A DNA stretch of 63,768 nt, filler included, from Octopus bimaculoides (GCF_001194135.2; 6 parts of 6 records of this genome joined end to end with filler, not necessarily neighbours in it); one strand, 5' to 3'. Positions 52,390-63,768 are shown, numbered from the whole stretch's first letter. A program made the numbers and translations. The notes: a model not told the origin generated them from the letters alone.

Positions 52390-53660
52390 TTATTATTATT
52401 ATTTTCTTCTTTTTCTACTTCTTATTATTATACGTTTGACTTTTGCTTTGTATTTGTACAGTTTGACTCTAAGTCTCAGCCAGAGACCTCAGGAGACAAT
52501 AAGTTAGAAGTTCTAGTTGGTGTTATGACTAGGGTGCCATATATTTGGTTTTGCACAAAATATTGTTCAAGAGAATGTTTAAGAAAACATATGAAAATTA
52601 TAAGTATTACATAGACAGTATTTTACGTAAGATATAAACTGTTCCCATGAGCACTATTTTTTGAATTTCTGCCATTTCTGGATTCCCTGGTATCTGAACT
52701 AGGTAGCAATCAGCCACTTTTGCTATCATTCCTAGGGCACCTATGACAACATGTATTGTTTTAGTGTTGAGGTTCCACATTTTGTCGATTTCTATTCCAG
52801 GAACTTTATAATTGCTCAGTTTTTGGTAGGACTTGATAGATACATTTATGTCTATTGGGACACTCATATCGACGAGGAGGCATGATTTTTGTCTGAAGTC
52901 CTTCAATATAATATCTGGCCTATTTGCATCTATCTTTCTGTCAGCTTGTGTCAGCGGTGAAGTTACAAAGGAGTGAGATGAGGTCATATTGAAGCAGTGG
53001 ATGTTGTCTGTGTTCCCACAAGTTTCATCATGGGGCAGGTCCAAGCTTTTGCAAATTACCAGTGAATATACTGTACTGCTCTATCATGCTTATTGAGATA
53101 CTCTGTAAGGCTCAAGAAGACTGCACATGGAGATATGATCGATGGTTTCATTTTGTAGTTTACATACACGACATGTTAGGCTACTACCGTTCTTAGATAT
53201 GTTGACCTGGTAGCTCCTTTTATGTAGGCATTGATCTTGGGTTGCTATGATAAACCCTTCTGTCTCTGATTTTAAATCAGAAGACACTAACCCTTGATGG
53301 GTAAGGGCTATGTCAACATCGCCATTATTAGTTCTCTTTCGGTTTTTGCCATTCAGAGGTTTTCTTGCCATTTAACAGTAACAATATCTAAGGCAGCAGT
53401 TTAAGCACGGGTTTTCATACGCTTAGTTTTTTCTGTGCTTGTTTCCAATACGTCTAAATCTGGGATTTGTTGTATTTGGAATTCACTTAGATATTTCCTT
53501 GCCTATTTTGTTATTTAGTATGATGTCTTCTTGTTTTCATGTTTTAAGACAATTTTTAACATTCAGTCATCAGAATTTTTCAGGTAGGTGATTAGGCCAG
53601 TTGTGGCAATCTTCATTGTTAATTCCAGTTGTAAATGTCTACGGTCACCTGCTTTTTTCT
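52390..53660 (-). mobile_element. R4/Dong-like LINE 3' portion (second subfamily) with (TAA)n tail
   Basis: [21 protein letters not shown]; LKSETEGFIIATQDQ; CRVC..QNETIDHI.S.C; NRPDIILKD....CLLVDMSVP; VVIGALG; IQKIVLMGT.ILRKILSM. Confidence 0.92.
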
Positions 53661-53723
53661 TAATATTATTGTTCTCTGTCTGTCTAGATAGATAGATGAA
53701 CAGAGACAGACAGACAGGTAGAC

Positions 53724-53763
<40 letters not shown>

Positions 53764-53843
53764 TGTTTGATAGATAGATAAAGAGATGGATAGACAGATA
53801 GATTGATAGATAGATAAAGAGATGGATAAACAGACAGACAGAC

Positions 53844-53890
<47 letters not shown>

Positions 53891-53892
<2 letters not shown>

Positions 53893-54213
53893 CATTTCTT
53901 TTATTAGCCACACAGGGCTCAACAAAGGTGGGACGAATACAATGTAGAGCTTTTCTTTTTGGGAGGGGGAAGGAAAAAAAGTAAGGGTGGGTGTCGATCA
54001 AAAGGGATCGTAGGAAGGAAAATAAGGGGGGAGTTCGATCAAAAGGGACCGAGAGAAAAAAAAAGCGATCAATAGGGATCGTGTATCACAGTAATGTTCT
54101 CGTGTAAAAAGAGGGGAGGACAGTTTAGGTTTAGCCGTGTAAAGAAAAGCCTACGGAAAAGACCACGGTAACCTTGGTCAATATTGTCATTGCAGAAACT
54201 ATAACAGTAAGTG
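53891..54213 (-). mobile_element. Probable L1/Tx1-like 3'UTR ending in AATAAAAGAAA
   Basis: On the minus strand it ends GCCCTGTGTGGCTAATAAAAGAAA next to (TAGA)n. Pyrimidine-rich on the sense strand. Resembles a recalled Octopus repeat. Confidence 0.5.
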
Positions 54214-54313
54214 NNNNNNNNNNNNNNNNNNNNNNNNNNNNNNNNNNNNNNNNNNNNTTAATTAATTAANNNNNNNNNNNNNNNNNNNNNNNNNNNNNNN
54301 NNNNNNNNNNNNN

Positions 54314-54596
54314 ATAAAGACAGACGAAATACTGCTAAGCATTTCGCCCGGCGTGCTAACGTTTCTTATTTCTTTATTGCCCACAAGGGGCTAAACATAG
54401 AGGGGACAAACAAGGACAGGCAAAGGGATTAAGTCGATTACATCGACCCAATGCGTAACTGGTACTTAATTTATCGACCCCGAAAGGATGAAAAGCAAAA
54501 TCGACCTCGGCGGAATTTGAACTCAGAACGTAAAGACAGACGAAAATACCGCTAAGCATTTCGCCTGGCATGCTAACGTTTCTGCCAGCTCGCCGT
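54314..54596 (-). mobile_element. Young SINE family A: full monomer joined tail-to-head to a second (gap-truncated) copy
   Basis: The monomer runs from GGCGAGCTGGCAGAAAC (54594 downward) to GGGCAATAAAGAAATAA, then directly GAAACGTTAGCACGCCGGGCG. Confidence 0.92.
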
Positions 54597-55464
54597 CTAA
54601 CTAAAACACAAAAACTAAAACGAATCGAAAGACTACCATAGTTAGAATGCGCGTTCATGGTTGACCTCGGGTTAAACAACCGCAACGTCATATCATCCCG
54701 CTTCCCCCTCTTGTGTCTCTTTCCCTTTTCCCTCTACCATTTCCTCCTTCTCCAACACATACCACCACTTAGTTAATTACCTCACCCCCTCTTCTACATC
54801 TCATCCCCTCTAACTTACATATAGTTCTTTTCCATATTCTCAATCTTTCTCACTTTTTATTACATCACATCCTCTATTTCCCCCTTTAACTTTTCTCATT
54901 CTGTCTGTATGTCTATCTGTCTGTCTATCTGTCTGTCTCTCTATCTGTCTGTCTCTCTATCTATCTATCTACCTGCCTGCCTGCCTGTCTGTCTGTCTGC
55001 CACTGTCTGATTTTACTAGATTCAGCCACACCACAAATTCTGATTTCACAGACTCTCTCCCTATACCCACCTCCTGCTTCGTCGTTCTCTATGTTTCATC
55101 TCTCTCTCTTTATCACTCTCTCTCCCCACTTTCCCTCTAACTCCGCACCCTTCCTTTCCCTCCTACTTAATCAATTACGTTCTAAATCTATACTCCCTCC
55201 CTCCCTCTTTTATATGTATGTGTGTATTATGTATGCATGCATGCATGTAAATCATTGTTCAGTTTTATCTAATGATTTCTTGCCGATAGAGAAAGAGCTG
55301 GTTTCTAACCTAGATTCAAGGCTCCTTCATTGGAATTTCAACATCAATAACAGNNNNNNNNNNATTCAAGGCTCCTTCATTGGAATTTCAACATCAATAA
55401 CAGGGTATTTTTGTATGTATGTATGTATGTATGTGTGCAAATTTGTATGTTTTGCTTTATGTAT

Positions 55465-55830
55465 GTATTCTAATGCAGATAGTTGCATATCTAGACTTGC
55501 TCATATATACTTAAATGATAAACTTCTGAAAAGTTTTACAGATTTTTACAGTTCCAGTGATGGATTGGATATGTAGTCTTCGAATTAGTTTTCTCTTTTC
55601 TGGTTTTGCGAAGCCTAATTTCTCAAGATTGATGTTTAAGCAGCGTGTTACATATCTCAGGGTCCCAATAATTACAGGCATAAACCTGAACTTGTAATCT
55701 GGATAGAGTAACTGCAGATTTCTCAATAGTTCAGCATAGATATTCTCTTTTTCATTGATCTTCAGCTTTATGTTAGCATTCACCGGACAGCTAATTTCCA
55801 CAGTTTCCCTTCTCTATCTCAACCATTATA
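55465..55830 (-). mobile_element. R4/Dong-like LINE REL C-terminus (third subfamily)
   Basis: VEISCP..NIKLKINEKENIYAELLRNLQLLYPDYKFRFMPVIIGTL...GTVKICKTFQKF (D/E..P...K..Y..L...P.IIG.LG pattern). Confidence 0.85.
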
Positions 55831-55959
55831 TCAGATGTGTTGCGTTTACATTTTATTGAGGTTTTCACTGGGACATTTCACCAGTGCTCCTTTTTATTAT
55901 GAGTGAATATGGCTTGTATGTATGTATGTATGTATGTATGTATGTATGTATGTATGTAC

Positions 55960-55998
<39 letters not shown>

Positions 55999-56524
55999 NN
56001 NNNNNNNNNNNNNNNNNNNNNNNNNNNNNNNNNNNNNNNNNNTTAATTAATTAANNNNNNNNNNNNNNNNNNNNNNNNNNNNNNNNNNNNNNNNNNNNTT
56101 TATGTGTGTGTGAGGGTGTATGAGTGTGTGTATGCGTGCATACACACATACATGTACATACCTTTGACTATGTTATTAGTCCTTCTTTTTTTTTTTTCCT
56201 GTGGATCCCAAAACACAATGCTTAATACACCTACGTTTATAAACTACTATTCAGAACTATAAAGCCATATGTTTTTATAAGTTATTTAGAAATTTAGCTC
56301 TGTATTTCAGGGAAGAAATGGGTGCAATATATAGTAAATGGATATTTCATGAATACTTTGAAATGAAAGCCTTGTACTTTTATTATCACATTATAATACC
56401 TGATTTTCCAGTTTTACCAATCATATAAACACTTCAAAACTAACAAAGTTTCATTTCTTACCAGATTGTTTCGAAAAATATTCGACTCAGTCATATTCTC
56501 CGTGATCCAGATTTCATTTCCAAT

Positions 56525-56945
56525 ATACCTAAGGCTGCAAAGTTTTTCCAAATTGAACAAGGGAAGATTCTTACAATGAAATTGAAAGGAATGAGTAACC
56601 AGAAAATCGCTGCAAATATTCGGTGAAACAGAACGCCAGTGGACAATTTTCAAAAATAACCTGACAGCTACAACAGGGTTCATGCTGGTGGACGTCTCAA
56701 GGCTTCATCAGAAAGGAATGAATGTGCCATTGTCAGAGCTGTGAAGAACTCACCCTGCTCTTCTGTTTCAAAATCAAAGTATCAGCAAGAGTAGTAGCCT
56801 CGACATCCACTGTAATTTTGAACCGTGGTTTCCACGTGAAGAAGCGGTTAGGACGTCCGTTATCGTCCCATTCCCACAAAGCTATTAGATTGGAGTTTGC
56901 TTAGCACTATCTTGCATGGGTTTGTGAATGGACAATGGTTCTGTC
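56525..56945 (+). pseudogene. Tc1/Tc3-like transposase N-terminal relic
   Basis: (I/M)PKAAK..IEQGKIL.MKLKGMSNQKIAANIR*...GGRLKASSERNE.AIVRAV; KKRLGRPLSSHSHKAIRLEFA*HY..W..EW..V. Confidence 0.7.
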
Positions 56946-57090
56946 CTAATTAATACACGATTATGAGTCGTGTTTTAAATAGACATGACTTCAAGAACAA
57001 TTACACATTACAAAAATTAGTAAGAACACCATACCCATGTAATTCTAAAGTCCTCCATTTTGTTTATTAAGTGTTATATTTTCTTATTGT

Positions 57091-57170
57091 GCTACTGATG
57101 AGTACTCTTTGACAACTCAAATCCTTAAAATGAATTTACTGTCTTTCTGTACGAAACGATCGTATATAGA
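57091..57170 (+). ncRNA. Minimal type I hammerhead ribozyme with canonical core
   Basis: GCUA-CUGAUGA-GUAC-(43 nt)-GUAC-GAAAC-GAUC-GUA-UAUAG. All conserved core positions are present; helix I is weak. Confidence 0.75.
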
Positions 57171-57709
57171 AATGAATAAAAAATATTTTATTCGATATTA
57201 ACATGTAATCTCCTACATTTACGAAAAATATGATTGAATTTATCGAACTGCGTTCTAAAACTTAAATCATATACTTTATATACTTATATAACTTTTCATA
57301 TCTACGCCAATTTACATCAGTAAATTCAAAGTAAAGTATTAAAAATCAATGTTAGAAATCTTTTGGAAACTATTCCGATTAAAAGACGAATCCACATTCA
57401 ACCCTTTGTTAAAATATACATATATCTACGTATATATATGCTAACACACACACATACACACACACATACATACTTACATACATACATACACACACGTACA
57501 CATACACACACGTACACATACACACACACATAATACATACACACACGCACACACACACACACACACACACCCACACACGCACGCACACATATCCTCAGAA
57601 GCCATGTAATGGAACAGCGGAAGAAAGTTGAAAAGGCATAACTGTTCTTCTTTATATATAGAAAAGCAACTTTTGCCAATATCAATTCCCTGTTACCATT
57701 TAATAAAGT

Positions 57710-57748
<39 letters not shown>

Positions 57749-58009
57749 AGGCACTTTTTATCTTCGTTTGTTATGTGCCTTACGAATTTTTTTAAATCTG
57801 AGTCTGTTTCAGTGTTTCGTATGCATTTTTTAAAAATGTTTGTGAGTGTACAATGTGTTATGAACTGATTTGTTGTTGGTAATATCTTGTAGTTTTCTGA
57901 TACTTTACGTTTTGAATTCAGGTGCGACCAAAGTAAACTTCCACTTTCATTCATTTGAGGTGCATACAATAAAGTACAAATCAAATGTTATCATTGGTGG
58001 TATCGACTA

Positions 58010-58400
58010 ATGCTATTCAAAATTGCTGGTCTTCTTGCAAAATCAGACACTCTTATTGTTTAGCTTCAAGTGTCCCTTGACAAATCAGAGCGTTTAAACA
58101 ATGAACAGTTTGTCCTGGAGAATGTAATGTGTCAAGATGAGCTGCATGCAACTCCTTCCTGTGTTTTTTAATGATAGCACAATCTGATTTGAGTTATATT
58201 TAGGTGTTATTTTGGGCAGATCAAGAGATAATATGGAGGTGCTCTTTTTTGCATGTATGTAGTGTTTTAATATTGGGCAGCGATTGTTGAGAATATCAGA
58301 TGCATATATAGACTGTTATAGACTTGTACAGTCAATTTTGAAGCCTTGTCCACTTTGATTCTATTTTTTTTGAGATCGATAAATAACCTTTACATAGTCA
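58010..58400 (-). mobile_element. Degenerate RTE-clade LINE 3' region
   Basis: Remnants of LYNSL..LYAS and QGTLEAK (cf. QGTVEGKRRRG). Confidence 0.4.
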
Positions 58401-58464
58401 TCAGAAAGGATTAACCAAAAACATAATTTTGTCGTGTCAATTAAATAAATAATAAATAGCAATA

Positions 58465-58680
58465 ATTGTTTCTAATTTATGTACATGGCCAGTAATTTTG
58501 ATAGGCGGTATTAGTCGATTATTATTGACCCCAAGACTCGACTGGTAATTTATTTTATCGACTCCAAAGGAATGATATGTAAACTAAATCTACGCGGGAT
58601 GGAATATAGAATGTCAAGATAAGAAACTATATGAAGTATGGCATTTTCGATGCTGTAACTATTCTACCAATGTACCAAAC
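58465..58680 (-). mobile_element. SINE family A, old
   Basis: TAGTCGATTA..GACCCCA...CTGGTA.TTTATTTTATCGAC.CCAAAGG.ATGA. Confidence 0.7.
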
Positions 58681-60126
58681 GTACATTCGGAAAATGGCAC
58701 ATGTTTTGTAAGGGAGTGTTTTACAAAGTTAATTAAGCATGGGACATGTTGGGTTATCCTTCTTATTTGCCAAAAACCAAATAAATTAATATTAATGATT
58801 AAATTATCGTTTTCTTCTCCCCACCATATCAGTAATTAATTATATATGTTGTTCACTACAGGCTGACGGTACAAAGTTGATAATTGTTCTTCGCGAGAAA
58901 AGCGTTACTGTGTGATTTTCATCCGTATATATGACAAATTCACGGAGCCTACTTGTGTAAAGTATTGTACAGCAATAAAATTATTGTTTCATAATTCGTC
59001 TGGAAAGCAGAAAGAAAGATGCGCCTCATTGCGGATAACTAAAAATGGCGATGTATCCCTGAAATGTTACCACATGCCATGATCAGACTACTTTAGTATC
59101 TGTCATTGATCTAATATTTTGTTTTCCTCACCGTTTACGCAACATTACTTGCTTTCTTATATTTCGTTACTACAAGATTCATGTAACTATTTATTTAGAT
59201 AGACTCATTATAATGTAATACATGAAGAATTTCGAGGCTAAACTGAATTATTTTCAATCTTGTTTGATTAGTCTTGATTTAATGAGCAATTCAGAGCAAA
59301 CCTGTGCCACCACACATATGCACTCATACACACGCACACGCATCCTCTCTCTCTCTCTCTCCCGCTCTTCCACCTTGGCCTTTACGAAATAATATATTTT
59401 ACATTGTAAAATTCGTAAAAGCCTATAGTACACATGAGAGACAATGTGTGTGCGTGTGTGTGTGTGTGTGTGCGTGTGTATGTGTGTCTGTGTGCGTGTG
59501 TATGTGTGTGTGTGCGTGTGTATGTGTGTGTGTGTGCGTGTGTATGTGTGTGTGCTTGTAAGAGAAGATGAGAGAGAGAGAGACGAGGAAGAAAGATCGT
59601 ATAAAAGAGACTAAGAGCGAAATGAAGCTGTCCGCTCTAAAATTGTAAAGCTCCATGTAAGGTATAAGCAGCTTAGACACCTGAGGAAATACTGAATATT
59701 ATTGCATACAACAATGACAACAACATCCGTTTATTAAAGAGAAAGGGCTGGGAACATAACATTCCATATAGAGTTGCAGATTAGCATAAGTCACATAGTG
59801 AAAAACTGACAATAGCTTAGCAATATTTCAAACTCGGAAACTGTTCAGATACATGGTATCTTAACTTGACCCTCACGTTCTGAGTATTCTGAGACTTACA
59901 CATCCATACTTAGAACTATTCTGACACAAACACACAAACATAAGTTTATACTACAAACACATAAACAGACAACAACGCAAATGAAATTAGGATTAATTTT
60001 CCTTACAGGCATTTAAGGATACGTATTAGCTCTAACATACAGACATACGCACAACTGTCACTAGGGATCATGAAAGACTAGGTAGCATGTGCTGTGCTTT
60101 CGCTGTTTTGTACTAAGGTAATCGTG

Positions 60127-60813
60127 GGATCTAGTTCAAAACGGGGGCACCAGTATTTTCTTAACGAAACACTTTGAAACTTGGGACACTGGTAGAATGT
60201 GTCATATAAAACATCTTTTTCTCTTAGTCTTCTTAAGAAAAATTATTATATTGCAATTTATTTCATGTTAAAGTTGTCGTATTTCTGTAATTTCAACCAA
60301 TGACTGACGTCCATTCAGCCGAATACATTAAGTGCTGACTACGTAAACAAACGATTCTCAAACGATTCTGGCGGTGATAAAATTATTATTTCCTTATCAA
60401 AAAATGGCTGAAGCATATTGGTAGTAGCTAATAAAGCTTTCTATTATAGGCACAAGGCCTGGTTTTTGAGGGAAGGAGCAAGTCAATTAGGGTTAGGGTT
60501 AGGGTTAGGGTTAGGGAAAACGAACACACGTGTGTTGCCTCTCTGCAAAATGTCAGAAGTAATGGAGATTAAATACGCTTTACACCGCTTAAACTGCCAA
60601 TGGAGTAACTATAAACAGCTGAAGACGTGTCAGTGATTGGTTGAAGTTATCGAAATAAGACAATTTTTTACATGAAATTAATTCGAATACAAATTTTTTT
60701 TTCTGTTCTATAACACAAAATAGATAAGTATACGAAGTTTGAAAGTCTTTCGGTACCAAAAACACTACATAAAACTTAAATGAAAACTGGTGCCCCCGTT
60801 TTGAACTAGATCC
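60127..60813. mobile_element. Non-autonomous DNA transposon, GG termini, 28-bp perfect TIR within long imperfect TIRs, 8-bp TSD (Merlin- or Mutator-like)
   Basis: GGATCTAGTTCAAAACGGGGGCACCAGT / ACTGGTGCCCCCGTTTTGAACTAGATCC; TAATCGTG at 60119-60126 and 60814-60821. Confidence 0.93.
60487..60516 (+). repeat. Interstitial telomeric repeat (TTAGGG)5
   Basis: Five perfect units abutting a truncated SINE A tail fragment (about 60435-60489). Confidence 0.9.
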
Positions 60814-60929
60814 TAATCGTGTAGTCGTGAGCAGACATATATACCTTCGCGGCTCTCCCTCTCTTCATCTAGTAGAACACCCAGAATACGACTGTTGGAG
60901 TGAGCGAGGACTGCAGCAGTACTATTACT

Positions 60930-61030
60930 AAGCAATGCGAAATAAAGTGCCTTTTTGTAGGTCTATGAATCTAACCTACGACCTTATGATCGCGAGCCCA
61001 GCACCATAATCACTGGACTAGCACTTTCAC
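60930..61030 (-). mobile_element. Degenerate CORE-like SINE head fragment
   Basis: GCAATGCGAAATAAAGTG...GACCTTATGATCGCGAG...CACTGGACT. Confidence 0.5.
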
Positions 61031-61230
61031 AGATACACACATACGCACGCACGCACACACACTCACACACACAAACACACACACATGTGTGCGCACACAC
61101 ATATTTGTTTATATATACAATAACCTTGCTTCTTAATGTAATAGAGCATTGTACACAAACGGAAAAATTAACATATAGAATTTATATAAATTTTACGGTT
61201 TATATATATATGTATATATATATATATATG

Positions 61231-62190
61231 CAGAGGTTGGACAAAATAATGGAAGCATCTAGCATCATAGCATCATAATTCTAAAATATCTATAAAACCG
61301 TCAAAAGCTGGTTTATTTTTATGTTTTTGTTATTTATTATTAGTGTTGCTTAATATGTTTAGCTAAAATTCCTGTTACTTTTCAGATATCATCAGAAAAA
61401 GGTAATTAAAATTCATTCACAGGACAGATCTATTGGACTTTCAAAGAGGTCGAATTGTAGGTGCTCGTATGGCAGGCGATAGTGTAATGAAAACAGCCGA
61501 AATCTTTGGTGTATCAAGAAGTACTGTCTCGAAAGTAATGACAGCCTTTCTGAAAGAGTGAAAAACCTCCTCGTCGAAACAAAACTCCCAAAGAAAACCA
61601 AAAGTTTCAGATAGGGACAGTCGGAATCTTACGGGAATTATTAGAAAGGATCACAAAAGTACAGCTCCCAGAATTACTGCGGAGCATAATAACCACAAAA
61701 CCTGTTCGCTGGGAGCTGCACAAAGCTGGATTTCACAGGAGGGCTGCAATAAGAAAAAAAAACATTACTTTCAAAAACAAACGTTGCAGAGCGTTTAGAG
61801 TGGAGTAAAAATCTACAGAGTTGGCCCCTAGAGCAGTGGAAGAATGTTATTTTCTCGGACGAGTCCTTTACCTCATTTCCGACCACCGGCCGAGAGTTTT
61901 CACCCAGACTACCTTCTTCCAACTCTTAAACATGGAGGGGGATCTATGATGATCAGGGGGGGGGGCGGTTATCTTGCAAATCCGCCGGCCCAATGGTTGC
62001 TCTTCATGGCAGAATTAATGGTCCAGAGTATTTAAACATTTATCTGATCAAATTCATTCCATAGTTGCGGAAATGTATCCGGAGGAAAATGCTGTCTTCC
62101 AGGATGATACTGCACCGATTCACACAGCTAAAGTTGTTACTGAATGGCATGAGGAACATTCTAGTGAAGTTGAACATCTTATCTGACCAC
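61231..62190 (+). mobile_element. Tc1-family transposon relic (5' TIR plus decayed transposase, 3'-truncated)
   Basis: TIR-like CAGAGGTTGGACAAAATAATGG; TDLLDFQRGRIVGARMAG..V.KTAE.FGVSRSTVSKV; RLEW...W..EQWKNVIFSDES; PTLKHGGGSMM; VFQDDTAPIHTAKVV.EW; ends at W*PPQ. Confidence 0.93.
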
Positions 62191-62359
62191 CACAAGATCA
62201 GTTCATGAATTTTCATGATGCTTTCATTCGTTCGGGAGGTCGACGGTCGTCCTGAACGAGGACGGTCTTCAAGCGACAAGTGGCCTTTCCTAAAGCATGA
62301 AAACCAATCGTAAACTTGTGTTTTGCACATGGAAGCGTCTTTGTAAGCTGTTTGAAACA
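62190..62359 (-). mobile_element. mariner-family transposase HTH fragment
   Basis: FQTAYKDASMCKTQVYDWFSCFRKGHLSLEDRPRSGRPSTSRTNESIMKIHELI (cf. VYxWFxRFKxGxxSLEDxPRSGRP). Confidence 0.9.
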
Positions 62360-62494
62360 NNNNNNNNNNNNNNNNNNNNNNNNNNNNNNNNNNNNNNNNN
62401 NNNTTAATTAATTAANNNNNNNNNNNNNNNNNNNNNNNNNNNNNNNNNNNNNNNNNNNNATATATATATATATATATATACATATATATATCTG

Positions 62495-62704
62495 TATATG
62501 TTTGTGTGTCTGTGTTTGTCCCCCCAACATAGCTTGACAACCGATGCTGGTGTGTTTAGTCCCCGTAACTGAGCGGTTCGGCAAAAAGAGAACGATGGAA
62601 TAAGTACTAGGCTTACAAAGAATAAGTCATGGGGTCGATTTTCTCGACTAAAGGCGGTGCTCCCGCATGGCCGCAGTCAAATAACTGAAACAAGTAAAAG
62701 AGTA
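62495..62704 (+). mobile_element. SINE family B 3' half, young
   Basis: GTTTGTCCCCCCAACAT.GCTTGACAACCGATGCTGG...GGCCGCAGTCAAATAACTGAAACAAGTAAAAGAG. Confidence 0.9.
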
Positions 62705-63579
62705 TACATGTATGTGTGAGTTTGTTAATATTTTTACACCGTTAATAAGACTGTCGCCCCTTTAAGTTTCATAGTTTCTAACTTAGAAAAATATAAAGTA
62801 ATAAAATTAATGCAAAATTCTGGTAAGTATTTGGCACGACATGATGGTGGTGAACCAGGAGAGGCTGTATCAAACGACTGAAACCAGTGAAAGAATAAAT
62901 TCAGTGTCTCTCTCCCCTCTCACTCTTTCTCTCCCTCTCTCTATCTCACTCTTCCTCTCTCCCCCATCTCTCTCTTTCTCTCTTGTCATTCTCACACTGT
63001 CTGTCTCGGTTGCACTCATTTAAAAAAAATTCTTTACTTCATTCTCTACTGATAATCCTCACACACTCGCTCACATCATAACTTCTGTTAAATTTCATTC
63101 CCACTAGGTTTCCATGCTGAATTATTTCCCCTTCCTTCATCTTGTCCCTCTTTCGCTTTTCTCTTCCCCTTACATTCATCTCTCTGTCTCCACTCGTGTA
63201 GGAATGTCCTTCTTTTTTTCTCCTTCTTTTTCCTTCCTATCATTCTGTCCCTCTTCCATTCTACGCCGTCTCTGTCTTGCACTCATGCTCTCACTTTGCT
63301 CGGCTAATTATCAATGCGCATGCGCATCTGTGTTTTCTCAGTAGGTTCTCGTTCTCTTCACTGCTCTTCCTCTACTCCATCTCCCTCTCCTCTTCTCCCT
63401 CTCTCTCTATATATCTATGTCTATCTTTCTTACTAGTTAGCTCTAAAATTCTATCTATGTTTCAATCTACCTACCTATCAAACTTTATCTCATTCTCTCT
63501 CTTCTTGCTTCCTACCTCTCTCCCACTCTCTCCCTCCTACTCTCTCTCTCTATATATATATATACGTATGTATGTATGT

Positions 63580-63716
63580 ACGTATGTATGTATGTATGTA
63601 TGTATCTATCTATCTATCTCCGTACGCCTGTCTGTCTATCCATCCATCCATCCATCCATCCATCCATCCAACCATCTATCTGTCTATATCTATCTACCTA
63701 TCTACCTACCTATCTA

Positions 63717-63768
<52 letters not shown>
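63580..63768. repeat. (GTAT)n/(CCAT)n/(CTAT)n microsatellites
   Basis: Direct reading. Confidence 0.95.

Noticed and set aside
55313-55403. 40-bp direct repeat ATTCAAGGCTCC...AATAACAG
   Set aside because: Identical copies directly flank a 10-N gap: an unresolved overlap.

Overview
This is AT-rich, microsatellite-saturated eukaryotic DNA from a gapped draft assembly. The SINE families, repeat density and TTAGGG motif point to an octopod cephalopod, probably Octopus (inference from recalled repeat sequences, not a search). I cannot support any complete host gene, tRNA/rRNA gene or CRISPR array. Most ORFs in the track are microsatellite or N-run artefacts. The recognisable content is transposon debris: four tRNA-derived SINE families; LINE relics (R4/Dong-like and Hero-like with REL endonuclease, plus CR1, RTE and L1/Tx1-like); two Penelope-like GIY-YIG relics; Tc1/mariner relics; and two TIR MITEs. 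The most interesting signals are: (1) three different minimal hammerhead-ribozyme scaffolds with palindromic helix III, at 57.1 kb (canonical core), at 25.4 kb (inside a fold-back palindrome) and at 19.3/19.5 kb (tandem pair); (2) an identical 29-nt SINE tail-to-head junction at two loci, implying a dimeric or circular SINE template; (3) a 15-bp-period repeat open in several frames and followed by a strong donor/acceptor/polyA set; (4) a (TTAGGG)5 tract at the break point of a SINE fragment nested in an 8-bp-TSD MITE. All family assignments come from manual translation and motif recall and need RepeatMasker/HMMER confirmation.
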